64,000 bases of DNA from Heteronotia binoei (GCF_032191835.1 NC_083234.1:56916001-56980000); one strand, 5' to 3'; positions 13,601 to 25,760 are shown, counted from the stretch's first letter. Translations and numbers: made by a program. The notes: generated by a model from the sequence alone, not told the origin.

Positions 13601-16600
13601 GCTATGCAAGGCTCTTCATATATATACCAGACCTGGTCAATACAGAGTAGGACACTAATGTAGGACACTCTTTTCCTTTTGTGTCTGAAAAACAGGGCCA
13701 GAATTAAAAGCAAGACTGGACATCTCCCAAGGCCCAAAATATGGCAGAAAACCTGCAGCTGATGAGGAATGCTCGGTTCATTTGCTCTTGCTTAGAATGG
13801 GGCTTTCCTGCAGGGGCTCTGTGATATTGCAGGGTCCTTGGAAAGAGCTCCCACTTCCTCTGGACAGGAGGCTGGGGAGAGAACAGTTCTTTTGTGGACT
13901 GGCCCCATTGATTCTGATATGGCTTAAGGGAGCACAAAGGGGCTGCACGCCTCTTCTTACAGATTTCCTGTTGGGAGAGGAGGTGGTGACTGGGACTCTT
14001 TTATATTCCTTTACACCAGAAAGGCACAGACAGGGATAAAAGAAGCATGAGAAAGCGACATTCAGCTCCTTTCTACAGGAGACAATAGGCACAAGCATGC
14101 ATAGGAGGACAGCAGTGTATTTAGTTGTCAGGGCTGCTGAAGGGCATTTCACCCAGGCTTCTCTCTGCCCCAAACATCGAGCCATCCCTGCCAAAGAAAA
14201 CTCTTGAGTCCTGAGCAGGCAAGACACAGCAACTCAGTCAAGTAGGGCCCCGACCTTGACAAAGGTCTTGAAGCTCTCATGCAAGCTCCTGAGTCCGGAC
14301 TGCTGTCCAGCTTCATGAGGCTGAGCAGTAAACAAAATCCCATGAGACAGAAACAGCCTTAGACATTCCACACACAGCAATCATGCTGGCTGGCTGAAAC
14401 GTTTCTGAAAAGCCTCCCTAGGGCACGGCTCTTTCTTTACCTGGAGAGATGTCAGTTGACCGATATCAGCAGGAAGTGAGGTCAGCTGGTTGTCATGGAG
14501 ATCTAAAACCTGGAAGAGGAGAAGACAGACAAAATGAGGGTTACCCACCAAGGCCCCAAAGCAACAGAAAAAGAAGAGTTCGTGCTTTAGCTGGGAATGC
14601 TAAAGGGGACACATTTCTGTGGTTTATCAGTGGGAAAGTAGGCATTGTAGTACAGAGTGAGAAGCAAGAAAGGAGCTCAGATGACTGTACACCTCTTTCT
14701 TCCAGAACGTACAATGGGGCTCTGTGCCTTCCCCTTCATTTCCAGTCCATGAAACCTGCACTTAGCTGAGTCCCATTCCCTCTGCCCCAAGCAGAGCAAT
14801 TCTAAGCTGGTTGACTCAGAATCCTACTGAGGTTTGCTCAATAGAGCTTACTCCCAAGAAAATGTTCTATGGCACTATTAGTTACCTTCACAGTTATGAG
14901 ATACAGGAGACTGCAAGACTTTGGGACCAGAGATGTCAAGCAATTTGTATGAGCAATCAGCACCTAGGAAAGAAGTGAAGGCGGCATTTTTACAGTGGCA
15001 CTGAGAGTCATCATGGGGCATCTTTTCCCCCTCCTCATCAAATTTAAAATTGGAGAGAAGAAAAAGATGCTGGAATGTATGGACCACTGGCTTGATTCAG
15101 CAAGGCTCTTCTTGTGTTCTTACTGAGAGAAAAGAAAGGAGAGGAACAGACAACAACAGGGTTGAGAAGAGAAAGGAAGAACCGGGGCACCGATTTATCC
15201 CCAGTGGAAACAGTATCAAGAGTGGCCCTTAAGTGCATTAGATTACCTTCCAATGTAAGACCTGGAAGATGGTGTGGCAAAGTGGCTTAGAGAACAAGCT
15301 GTGATCCTGCAGGGCCCCAGTTCAAGTTGAGCCACTGTCACAAAGCCACTGGGTGACTATAGGCAAGTCACTCTTTCTCAGCCTCAGCCTCAGCACCCCC
15401 ACTCCCCCATTTCCAATATGGCCCATCTCACAGGATTGCCATGAAGCACTCTGAGCTCTGAAAGTTTTCAGAGTGGCTTGTTTTTAAGACTATGCATGCA
15501 GGATTCCTCATTTCCCCAAGAAAATTAAAAACAGGCTGATGGTAGCACCAAGGAGTTTAAAAGGAGTAAAGAAAACAAAGTAAAACCATTACACTTTCAA
15601 ATGACTTTGGCCAATCTCATGTCAGATACTGCACTGTAGGGTTCTCAGACTCACTTTGAAGGGTGTGTGTGTAAGCAGAGAACCCAAAAAATTCCCATGT
15701 CCACATGGAGGCCACCTATGTATTCCTTACCTTTTTCTGCAGGACTTTACAGGTTGAAAAGGCTCCATATGGAAGCTAACACAGTAACACAAAAAGAAAC
15801 CAAGTCTTGGTTAGATAAAATATCATGAAAATAATCATAAAGAAAGTCACTTCCATGGTTTAAGAGGCATACAAACTTGAATGCCCTGTATTCCATATTG
15901 AGAAGGGATACAGCAAAGCAGTATGTGTGCATGGCGGTGGGGGGAGGGAGCAGGTATGAGATGGGAATAACAGCAGCTGAACACATGAAGCAACTTTATG
16001 CAGAGTCAGACTGCTGGTCCATTAAGCCTAGTATTTTCTGCTCTGTCTGTAGCAGTTCTCCAGGGCCTCAGGAAGTGAAATGTCTTTCCCAGCAGCTGCT
16101 ACTGGATATCCTTTCACTGAAGATGCTGTGGGCTGAACCAGAGATCTTCTACATTCAAGGGAATTCCTCTTGCCACTGAGCTATAATCCCTCCCACCCTG
16201 TCTCCTGATGTCTTGTTACCTGCTTTATTGGTGACTAATAGAAATCTTCATTCTGCAGTCTGGAAACCTTAACATAATTTTCAATGTACTGGATGTTTCC
16301 TCCAAAGAAGATTTCTAATCCCAATTCTGGAAGCAAAACCAGCTGAACCTTTAGTCCTCAACAGCTACCTGCCAACTCTAGCTTAGACAATTCCTGGAGA
16401 TTTGGGGGAGATGCCTGAGGGAGGCAGAAGTTAGAGAGCAGAGGGAGCTGAGTGAGGGTGTGATGTCAGAATCTGTCCTCCGAAACTACCATTTCCTTCA
16501 GGGAAACTGATCTCTGTAGTTAGAAAATCAGTTATAACTTCAGGTGAACTCCAGGCCCCCACTTGGAGGTTGACAACCCTAATAGCCTGGCGTCCCAACT

Positions 16601-19045
16601 CCAGTCTTCCCTCAAACCATTAACCCACTTTGCCATTAAGTGGAAATCTTCTGATCCACTTTCTCTAAATACATGGCAAAAAAGTGGGAGTATTTTATTT
16701 TAGAAAAAATTACTGAATCCAAAAAAACAATATGAAAATCCAGATGGTACATCCTCATTCTCTCTTATATGGACACCATATTTAAGTTGGAAATTTAAAT
16801 TTGCAGCCAATCCTCCCTCTCTTTCAGTGCAAGGCTGCTTGTCTTTATTAATGTCTTAATAGAGCATCCCCTATAGGAGGGTTAAGTCACTTTATTATTC
16901 TTCATCTGTTTCTCCTTTTTATTTATCTTGTGCCATTCTGCTTACTTTTTTTCTTGGATAACTTTATATTAAATCAAAGAGATAGCAATTATCAACTTAT
17001 GACTTTATGTTCAGTACCCAAAATGTCATATTTTGAATGATTGTAATGCATTTGCATTGTGCAATGCCTGATACTTAGAATGTTTTGTATGAAGTTGATA
17101 AACTCAATAAAGTTTTATTTTTTTGGAAGAAAAAAAACCCATTAACCCACTATGAGGGAATCAGCACCATACCTCTGAAAGTTCACATTTGGATATATCA
17201 AGGATATCATCAGCTCCGGCTTCCTTTGCCTGAAGAGAGAGAGAGAGAGGAAGAGAGTGAGGGGTGAACAGTTGCCGAATCCAAAGATCATTTTACTATA
17301 AGATCATGGGCAATTTTCCTTCAGAGCATAGTCTGCCCAGAGTATAGTGTATTTCAGAGCATAGTTTTTGAGCCTGCAAACACCTCTGGATTCCTGAATA
17401 AGAGGTGGTAGTGGGGGGTGCAACTATAAATGTAGTAAAGGAAGTAAAGACAGTCACAAAAATTGCTATCACAGGAGGCAGAATGAACCACAATATGTCA
17501 GGGATTGAAGCCACGTTAACAGTAAGTTTTCAAAATTTCAAGAAGCAGCTCTTTTTAACAGGATGACTTTTTAAATGAACATATTGTTTAAAACTCTTTC
17601 CTTGCATACAAATAGCTCACTTTCAGTCACTCAGTGAAGATCTGTGTGCTGCAGCAAGGGCTTTCTTTGTAGAAAAAGCCCAGCAGGAATTCATTTGCAT
17701 ATTAGGCCACACCCTGGTCACCATTGTTTCACACAGGGGTTGTCTGTAGAAAAAGCCCGGCAGGAACTCATTTGCATATTAGGCCACACCCCCTGATGCC
17801 ACGCGTTCCTGCTCATAAAAAGCCCTGGCTGCAGCGAAAGCTGTTGCCAAAAGCACCTTTTTAAAAATCTGCACAGCCAATCATATCTCCAGTGGCCAAT
17901 CAGAAGGCCCTGCTGTGCAAAAGCCTCACCAGTCTCCATCTACTTTATAAAAAAAAACCTTTGGTGGGTGCCAGGAAAGTTGGCACTAGGTACCTTGGGG
18001 TTCCCTTGTTTTTAAAACAAGAATTCAGAGTTTTTAAAAAAAGAATTCAGTGTAAGTCAACACTACCACATGTCCTCCATTCAATTTTCCAATTGTAATG
18101 ATATGCTTCAAACTCCACCTATGCATGGGTGCAGCCTTTAGCAAACAACTGCATCACAATGCAAGATCTGGCTCTGGTTCCTTGCTGCTCCCTTCTCTTT
18201 GGTTGATTTTCCAAATGGCCTACATTAAAAGAAATTAGTGTTTGGGGATGCTATCAAATTTCACAGCCCCACTGATCTCACTCAGAAATCTTAATTTCAT
18301 TTTCACCTCTCACTTGTGTGAATCAAACCAGCATGGAATATGAAGCAAATTGAGTGACAGCAGAGTAGTCATTTAGGCTTGCCAATCCCCAGGTCCCAGC
18401 AGGGGTTCTTCCGCTTTCCCAGGCTTCTTCCTACCCCCAGTCAGCTGGCCGGTGGGGGGAAGCCCCGCCCCCAAAGGACCATGTGCCCTTCCACCTCCGG
18501 AAGCTTCAGTCTCCGATTGAAAGGCTCCCTCTTGGGATGGTGTGTCTGTGTTACTTTGAAGAAGTTGGCAGCAACTCGTGAGTAGAGAAGCCAATCCCTC
18601 GCTTCAGAGTCGCCAGAAACGGTGGGGGGGAGGGAAACATCTGCTGAGCACTTCATTATTCCCTATGTGGAGATTGATTCTCATAGGGTATAATGGGGAA
18701 TTGATCTGGAGGTTTTGGGGTGAGAGGTGAAAATGAAATTAAGATTTCTGAGTGAGATCAGTGGGGCTGTGATATTTGATAGCATCCCCCAACACTAATT
18801 TCTTTTAATGTAGGCCATTTGGAAAATCAGCCAAAGAGAAGGGAGCAGCAAAGGCCATACAGTGCTGTTTCTCCAAGGTTTTGGCCAGCTTCCTTTCTTG
18901 GTGGGACTCATTAGCTTCAGGGTTCTAGGAACTGCTCTACCTTGTCACGACCCTACTCCCCAGGGCAACTTACCAGGTACATTTGATATTCAAAACGCTT
19001 GCGGGCTTCATCGCTGGGTTTCCTTTTACGGAAGAAGAGCAGCAT
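1607..19045 (-). CDS. LRSAM1: E3 ubiquitin ligase LRSAM1 (LRR, coiled-coil, SAM, RING); first 16 coding exons (449 codons), 3' part lies beyond the window start
   Basis: GT-AG exons with consistent phases, in transcript order: 18974-19045 ([24 protein letters not shown]), 17173-17229 ([19 protein letters not shown]), 15731-15775, 14886-14963, 14441-14509 ([13 protein letters not shown]), 13418-13502, 13135-13256, 11921-12011, 11171-11301 ([14 protein letters not shown]), 8556-8585, 7385-7507, 6033-6172, 4002-4046, 3128-3198, 2435-2534, 1607-1694 ([16 protein letters not shown]). Sum is 1347 nt and open. The peptides match recalled human LRSAM1. Confidence 0.97.
3285..3791 (+). mobile_element. 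hAT-type MITE (TAGGGTTGCCA family), full length
   Basis: Imperfect TIRs with a perfect 8-bp TSD GCAGGTCA. Same family as 19329, 19680 and 41562. Confidence 0.9.
4400..4581. mobile_element. Palindromic hAT-type MITE (CAGGGCTTTTTTTG family)
   Basis: Near-perfect fold-back with 8-bp TSD AATACACA. Relatives at 17656-17827, 21426-21604 and 26747-26918. Confidence 0.9.
5250..5422 (+). mobile_element. 5S rRNA-derived SINE with RTE/Bov-B-like tail (5S-Sauria-like)
   Basis: Head resembles the 5S internal control region (GATCTTGGAAGCTAAGCAGGG...TTAGTATTTGGATGGGAG), then GCAGAGGCAGGCAA...CTTGCCTTGAAAA...GACTTGATGGCAC. Confidence 0.7.
6197..6545 (-). mobile_element. Squam3-type SINE 3' part, interrupted by a hAT MITE at 6293-6494
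   Basis: SINE tail (TTTATACCCCACC...CTCAGAGTGGTTTACAAT). The insert has CARTGYTCCCTCTAAG TIRs and 8-bp TSD CCTGTGAG. Confidence 0.8.
12315..12470 (-). mobile_element. L2 LINE 3' tail fragment
   Basis: TTTATTTATTT...TATATCCCACCCT...GGCTCAGGGCGGCTCAC matches the tail of the L2 at 48908. Confidence 0.65.
17656..17827. mobile_element. hAT MITE with an internally duplicated left end
   Basis: 8-bp TSD GCTGCAGC. Two copies of about 55 bp, each carrying ATTTGCAT (17693-17700 and 17770-17777). Confidence 0.8.
18374..18720 (-). mobile_element. Truncated hAT MITE (TAGGCTTGCC terminus)
   Basis: One terminus present, the other missing. Flanked by an inverted duplication (see findings). Confidence 0.75.
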
Positions 19046-19328
19046 CTTCCTCCTGTTTCCCTGGATCACCACTCAATGCCTAAAGGTAGTCAATGGAAAA
19101 GACATGTGAGGCAGAGAGGGAAGAGCAACGAGAATTTCTGGATCATCTCAACATCCGTCTGACAATTACCTTGTCAGACAAGTTCTGCTTGATAAACGCC
19201 TCCTCAAAACTATTTTAGAAGTAACTTTCAACAGAACTCCGGCCCTGTTTATGTATTAAAAATACTTCTCCCAATTCACGTGGGTGGGGGAAATACCTAA
19301 TATTTTATATAGCTATAAGCAGAAAGAG

Positions 19329-20370
19329 TAGGGTTGCCAAGTCCAATTTAAGAAATATCTGGGGACTTTGGGGGTGGAGCCAGGAGACTTTGGGGGTGGA
19401 GCCAGGAGACTTTGGGGGCGGAGCCAAGAGCAAGGGAGTGACAAGCATAATTGAACTCCAAGGGAGTTCTGGCCATCACATTTAAAGGGACTGCACAAAT
19501 TTTTAAATGCATTCCTTCCATAGGAAATAATGAAGGATAGGGGCACCTTCTTTTGGGGCTCATAGAATTGGACCCCCTGGTCCAATCTTTTTGAAACTTG
19601 GTAGGTATTTTGGGGAGGGGCACTAGATGCTATACTGAAAATTTGGTGCCTCTATCTCAAAAAACAGCCCCCTCAGAGCTAGGCTTCCCAATCCCCAGGT
19701 CCCAGAGGGGGATCCCCCAGTTTTACAGGCTTCCCCCCTCCCCCAGCCAGCTGGCCGGCGGGGGAAGCCCCGCCCCCAGGGCCATCATGCACCTCCATGA
19801 ATGATTCCCATAGGGAATGATGGGGAATTGATCTGTGGGTATCAGGGGCTGGGGGGGGCTGTTTTTTGAGGTAGAGGCACCAAACTTTTAGTATAGCATT
19901 TAGTGTTTCTCCCCAAAATACCTCCCAAGTTTCAAAAAGATTGGACCAGGGGGTCCAATTCTATGAGCAAAAGAAGGTGCCCCTATCCTTCATTATTTCC
20001 TATGGAAGGAAGGCATTTAACAGGTGTGCTGTCCCTTGAAATGTGATGGCTAGAACTCCCTTTGGAGTTCAATTATGCTTGTCACAACCTTGCTCCTGGC
20101 TCCACCCCCCAAGTCTCCTGGCTCCACCCCCAAAGTCTCCTGGCTCCACCCCCGAAGTCCCCAGATATTTCTTGAATTGGACTTGGCAACCCTACTCAGA
20201 GCCCCCGATACCCGCGGTTCAATTTCCCATCATTCCCTATGGGAATCGTTCATGGAGGTGCATGATGGCACTGGGGGCGGGGCTTCCCCCGCCGGCCAAC
20301 TGGCTGGGGGAGGGGGGAAGCCTGTAAAACCGGGGGATCCCCCTCTGGGACCTGGGGATTGGGAAGCCTA
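19329..20370 (+). mobile_element. hAT MITE with a second same-family copy nested in reverse (19680-20194)
   Basis: Outer TSD AGAAAGAG (19321-19328 and 20371-20378). Inner TSD CTCAGAGC (19672-19679 and 20195-20202). Confidence 0.93.
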
Positions 20371-21425
20371 AGAAAGAGCTTAAAACTCCCTGCCTCTATA
20401 TTGGGAAACCACAAACTTAAATGCCCTATCATGCCTGAAAAAGAACAAAAAAACAATCAAAGTGGTTGGACCCAGAGAAGGAGTCACTGGAGACCAGTTC
20501 CCTAGAAAATATGGTCTGACAAGTAAAATACAGCCGATACCTTATAAACAACCCTTTCATTTTAGCTACATTCCAAGTGTGGAATCATTGAGGAAAGCAT
20601 GAATCACTAGAGTTGCCAGGTCTTCTCTGGCCACCAGCGGTGGGGGTGGGGGCAGGTAGGGTTACTTAACTTTACTTTAATTATACACCTCTATCAGCCT
20701 GAGGACCGTGAACTGAATCACAATAAAATCCCCAGAGATTAAAATCACTCCATCATTTTCTATTTATTGTTATCCTAGATTTTTTTTGAGGGGGGAGGAC
20801 AGGACTGATAGGGTTACATTAAGATATAATCCAGCCAGCAGAAATTTCAATAACTCCTTGCAAACAAAGAGAAATCCGTTTCTTCCTTATATGTGTGAAT
20901 AGGCTACACTCTAAAAGTCAGTGTTCCAGTGTGTCCATTTGCCCCAATGCACATGAACACATCCTAGCAGAATAAGGCCCATTACTGTATCGACCGCCAT
21001 ATAATAACTGGGATGGAATTGTACTTACGTAGCCAAGATAGCACAACAGGTGTCCTGCAGTGCGGCACAATTAGAAAATATAAATATAGGCAGGAGGGCC
21101 TTGTGGATACAGATAGGGGAACAAACCCTTCCAAGCTTCCATAAATAATCTTAAAAAGATCTAATTCAAAAAGCTGCTTGGAAATTAAGGTATTAGCAGA
21201 AGCCAGTCCTAATGCTTTTAGTTCTGTAGGCAGGAAGGTAGAGTTGCCACTTGCCAGCTCCAGGCTGAGAAACTCCTAGAGGTTTGGGTGTGGAGCCTGA
21301 GGAAGACACAGACCTCAGTGAAGTAAAGTGGTATAGACTCCATCCTCCAAAGCTTCCATCTCTGGAATCTGGAGACAAGCTGTCATTTCAGGGGATCCCC
21401 AGACCACCTGGATCATCCATATTAC

Positions 21426-21604
21426 CAGGGCTTTTTTTGTAGGAACTCCTTTGCATATTAGGCCACACACCCCTGATGTAGCCAATCCTCCTGGAGCTTA
21501 CAGTACCCCCTGTACTAAGAGCCCTGTAAGCTCTTTGAGGATTGGCTACATCAGGGGTGTGCGGCCTAATATGCAAAGGAGGTCCTGCTACAAAAAAAGC
21601 CCTG
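21426..21604. mobile_element. Palindromic hAT MITE (CAGGGCTTTTTTTG family)
   Basis: Fold-back similar to 4400-4581. TSD not preserved. Confidence 0.8.
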
Positions 21605-21793
21605 CCTACTTACTTATTTCCCCCTTCATCAATCAACCTAACTTAAAGTGAATACCCAAATCAGTAACTTCTCAAACTGGCATGAATAGAAGCTCTATAG
21701 ATTTTTGTGATGTCATACATAACAATATATTGCCAGAGGTTACATTTCAACAAAAACAAAGGGTTCATATGGGCACTGAAAATTTGCAATTGG

Positions 21794-21976
21794 CAGGACT
21801 GGATCTACATGTTTTTTGAGGAGGGGGGGCAAAATTAAAAAATGACGCACCCTTATGGGCCATTCTATCTTATGGTCCCATAGAATACAATGGACTCCAT
21901 ACCCTATTTGGCGCCTCCCCCTCCGTCAGCGCCCGGGGCAAGCACCCCCCTCTGCCCCACCCTAGATCCGGCCCTG
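21794..21976. mobile_element. hAT MITE (CAGGRCYGGATCTA TIR)
   Basis: TIRs plus perfect 8-bp TSD GCAATTGG. Confidence 0.85.
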
Positions 21977-22447
21977 GCAATTGGTATGTTTAAGTCAGTT
22001 CTTCCTTCTCCAGAAACAGTTGAAACGAGCTGACTGCCTTGAAAATTAATTCTGAACAGAACTGCCCACCTCATAGGAGCTGTTTTATATCATTTACCAG
22101 GAGCTTCCAAATGGAAAGAAAAAAAACAAATTATATGAAGGCATGGGAACAAGATTTAAGGGAACAGTTAGTAGATGTTCATGGTCAAATATAGCAGTCA
22201 TCTCCCTTAAATGCAAGATTAAAAGCCCCCTAGAACAGTTTTAAGATTTCCAAACAGTCAGGAACAAAGGGACAACAGAGGCCTCTCTGTGTTTCATCAC
22301 ACTGGACATGAGGTCAACAACTGGCAGTCATTGATCTAAATCAGGGATGGCCAAACTTGCTTAACATAAGAGCCACGTAGAATAAACATCAGATGTTTGA
22401 GAGCCAAGACATGAACAAATCTTATACACATATAAGATATACACATA

Positions 22448-22667
22448 GGGAGGGACGGTGGCTCAGTGATAGAGCATCTGCTTGGGAAGCAGAAGGTCCC
22501 AGGTTCAATTCCCGGCATCTCCAAAAAAGGGTCCAGGCAAATAGGTGTGAAAAACCTCAGCTTGAGACCCTGGAGGGCCGCTGCCAGTCTGAGAAGACAA
22601 TACTGACTTTGATGGACCAAGGGTCTGATTCAGTATAAGGCAGCTTCATGTGTTCATATGTTCATAT
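22448..22667 (+). mobile_element. tRNA-derived SINE (Squam2/Anolis SINE2-like)
   Basis: A/B boxes TGGCTCAGTGATAGA and GGTTCAATTCC, CR1-like tail GGTCTGATTCAGTATAAGGCAGCTTC with TGTTCATA-type repeats. Near-identical to 48005-48214. Confidence 0.85.
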
Positions 22668-23147
22668 CTTTATTAACACTCTTAATGCTTTCGTTGCACA
22701 GAAAAATAAAATACATATGTATGCAATTTTACAACATGACCATGCTAGAAGACTTGTTTAAAAACGAAAGCTGGAAACAACAGTCCCCATAAGACCACCA
22801 TAAGGAAAGGTTAGGGAATTATTATTTTTTTGCATCAGTGGAAGAAGGAAACACACATGTACCATACTCACTGACCACCATTTGCATCATTATATATATC
22901 TCTCTTTGCCTTGACACCAAGGTTAGTATACAGCTTCTACAAGAGCTATGAAACCAAGGGGGCACCCTACACCACCCTCTTTAATTTCATCCCTCCTTCC
23001 AGTGGTTCCTTCAGCTCTCGCGCTCTCATTCCCCGCTCTAGGTCTCCAGGTAACCTCTGTGGCGGAAGAGAAGAGCTTGCAAGCCTGCCTATTTATCCCT
23101 CCCTCCCCACTTCACACATGGCAGAAATAGTCACATACCTATGGGAA

Positions 23148-23270
23148 GAGTTGCCAGGTCCAACTCAAGAAATATCTGGGGACTTTGGGGGTGGAGCCAG
23201 TAGCAAGGTTGTGACAAGCACAACTGAACTCTGAAGGGAATTCTGGCCATCACATTTAAAAGGACCACAA
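23148..23270 (+). mobile_element. hAT MITE left-end fragment (TAGGGTTGCCA family)
   Basis: GTTGCCAGGTCCAACTCAAGAAATATCTGGGGACTTTGGGGGTGGAGCC. Confidence 0.7.
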
Positions 23271-23372
23271 ATAAATAATAAAATTCTCCTTTGGTGGTGG
23301 GATATAAGATTCTTAACCTAGAGGCTTGCCTTTAGTTTATGAACAAACTAGCTTTAGTTTATGAACAAACTA

Positions 23373-23672
23373 GAGAGCCAGTTTGGTGTAGTGGTTAAGT
23401 GTGTGGACTCTTATCTGGGAGAACCGGGTTTGATTCCCCACTCCTCCACTTGCACCTGCTGGAATGGCCTTGGGTCAGCCATAGCCCTGGCAGAGGTTGT
23501 CCTTGAAAGGGCAGCTGCTGTAAGAGCTCTCTTAGCCCCACCCACCTCACAGGGTGTCTGTTGTGGGGGAGGAAGGTAAAGGAGATTGTGAGCCGCTCTG
23601 AGACTCTTTGGAGTGGAGGGCGGGATATAAATCCAATATCTTCTTCTTCTTCTTCTTCTTCTTCTTCTTCTT
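23373..23672 (+). mobile_element. Squam3 SINE, full length, with (CTT)n tail
   Basis: GAGAGCCAGTTTGGTGTAGTGGTTAAG...GGTTTGATTCCCC head and L2-like tail GTGAGCCGCTCTGAG...GGGATATAAATC. Confidence 0.88.
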
Positions 23673-24374
23673 GTTGAGGGAGAATCCCAGGAACTTGTGT
23701 TGAGGCAGCTTGTCTCACAGGAACAAAGACAGGACGAGGCATTGACACAGGAGGGAGTTTTGTGCCTTCAAAAGCAGCCTAATCAGGCAGAAATGCAACA
23801 GGTGTAGTATTGCTTAGTATGGCCACATAGTGCCAGGAAAAGGAGTATTTTAAGCAGCTGTCTGGAAGTTAGAAATAATAAAGCACAGGCATTCTGCCAA
23901 ACTAACTCTCAAGACTGCCAGAGACTCTGAGCCTTTAAATATTGCATAATATCAAGTTCCCAGCAGGAAGATGCATGAGCTAGTGGAGTTCTATCAGGCA
24001 GCTGGTAAAGGCACATGAGCGCTGCCAAGAAGAATGACAGGCCTGGCATGCTAGTTTTCTGTGTGTCTGGCTAAGGGAGCAAGATCTGGAAGAGCACTGT
24101 CTTGTAATGAGCTATATCAATGGTAGAGACCCACTTTGTATACAGATGGTCCAAGATCAGTCCTGGGCATCTCCAGTTAATGGATTTCAGGTAGTGAGAG
24201 ACCTGATCCTACAGGATCTGCTGCTTGTTAAGAGTTGACAGTCCCAGGCTAGATGGATCAATGGCTGTATAAAATACATGCAGTCTGAAATGATAGTTTT
24301 GCCACAGTTATTTTCCCCTGATTCAGAACTAGACACTTTTAAGCACTGTCATCATTTTAAAGGTTAAATGAAAC

Positions 24375-24455
24375 AGGAGTCCATGGGCACCTTAAAAGAC
24401 TAATAAAATTTATTCCTGAATCTTTGTGAGATAAAAGTTCACTTCCTCAGATGTA
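24375..24455 (+). mobile_element. Penelope-like element terminal fragment
   Basis: GAGTCCATGGGCACCTTAAAAGACTAATAAAATTTTATTCC...TTCACTTCCTCAGATG resembles recalled reptile Penelope termini. A similar piece occurs at 63960-64000. Confidence 0.45.
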
Positions 24456-24815
24456 CAGGGGTGTAAATCCATCAGGTCTGTTTTCTATATACAACAAAAG
24501 GGGAGGTATAAACAAACGCTTGTTCAAAACAAGAGCCAACACAAAGAGTGACCAGTTCACTCAGCATGGGTGTGAGGTATTTCCACCCGTCATCAGACAG
24601 GCAAAATAATCAAGTGCAGGATGAAGTGAGATAAAGATACAGTAGGATATTGTAGAGACATAGCTGGATACAAATGTGGAAGGAAATGTGGAAGGATTCA
24701 AATGTGGAAGGAAATACAAACCTATAGTGACTAAGAAATGACAAGCTCTGCAGACTTTGACAGCTGCTTGACGCCAACAAAAGCAGGTTCTTCGTAAGAG
24801 GTTACTAGAACAGGC

Positions 24816-25001
24816 TAGCACGATCTCGTCAGATCTCAGATGCTGAGCAGGGTTGGCCCTAGCTAGTATTTGGATGGGAAACCACCAAGGAAGTCCAGGG
24901 TTGCTGTGCAGAAGCAGGCAGTGGCAAACCATCTCCACATGTCTCTTGTCCTTAAAACCCTACAAGATCTCCATAATCAACTGTGACTTGACAGCACTTT
25001 C
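24816..25001 (+). mobile_element. 5S rRNA-derived SINE copy
   Basis: CGATCTCGTCAGATCTCAGATGCTGAGCAGGG...TAGTATTTGGATGGG plus the same tail as 5250-5422. Confidence 0.7.
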
Positions 25002-25288
25002 CCCATCAGTAAGAGGCTAGTAGCTAGGATCAGTGGCGGACTGGCAAGTGGGCACCTGATGAAGTGGCCCCCCTTAAACTTTAGACAATATGTTAAAAAT
25101 GTTAATGACCTTTTAGTAGCTTGAAGCTACTAAACAGCCGTTCCAGCTAACAGCTAATAGACGTTCCAATATTATTATTGTAATGCAACTAAAATTAATG
25201 TTATATTTAGGTTGGCAGCCTCCAGGTGGGGTCTGGGGATCTGCTTTTACAACTGATCTGCAGTTGGCAGAGATCAGCTTCCCTGGAG

Positions 25289-25760
25289 AAAATGATTAAA
25301 GGGCTGGAACACTTTCCCTATGAAGAAAGGTTGAAATGCTTGGGGCTCTTTAGCTTGGAGAAACGTCGACTGCGGGGTGACATGATAGAGGTTTACAAGA
25401 TAATGCATGGGATGGAGAAAGTAGAGAAAGAGGTACTTTTCTCCCTTTCTCACAATACAAGAACTCGTGGGCATTCGATGAAATTGCTGAGCAGCCAGGT
25501 TAAAACGGATAAAAGGAAGTACTTCTTCACCCAAAGGGTGATTAACATGTGGAATTCACTGCCACAGGAGGTGGTGGCGGCCACAAGCATAGCCACCTTC
25601 AAGAGGGGGTTAGATAAAAATATGGAGCAGAGGTCCATCAGTGGCTATTAGCCACATTGTGTATATGTGTGTGTATATATATATATTGGCCACTGTGTGA
25701 CAGAGTCTTGGACTGGATGGGCCATTGGCCTGATCTAACATGGCTTCTCTTATGTTCTTA
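25289..25760 (+). mobile_element. CR1 LINE 3' end (5'-truncated)
   Basis: ORF2 C-terminus (YEERLKCLGLFSLEKRRLRGDMIEVYK...FFTQRVINMWNSLP) and CR1 tail ending CTTATGTTCTTA. Confidence 0.92.

Noticed and set aside
19360-19430. Short direct repeats that might suggest a CRISPR array
   Set aside because: Eukaryotic DNA; these are tandem 22-bp MITE subrepeats without unique spacers.
22448-22525. tRNA-like sequence (also 48005-48080)
   Set aside because: It continues into a SINE body and tail and has no proper acceptor stem, so it is a SINE head rather than a tRNA gene.
24816-24900. 5S rRNA-like sequence (also 5250 and 56000)
   Set aside because: Partial, diverged and fused to a retroposon tail; not an rRNA gene.
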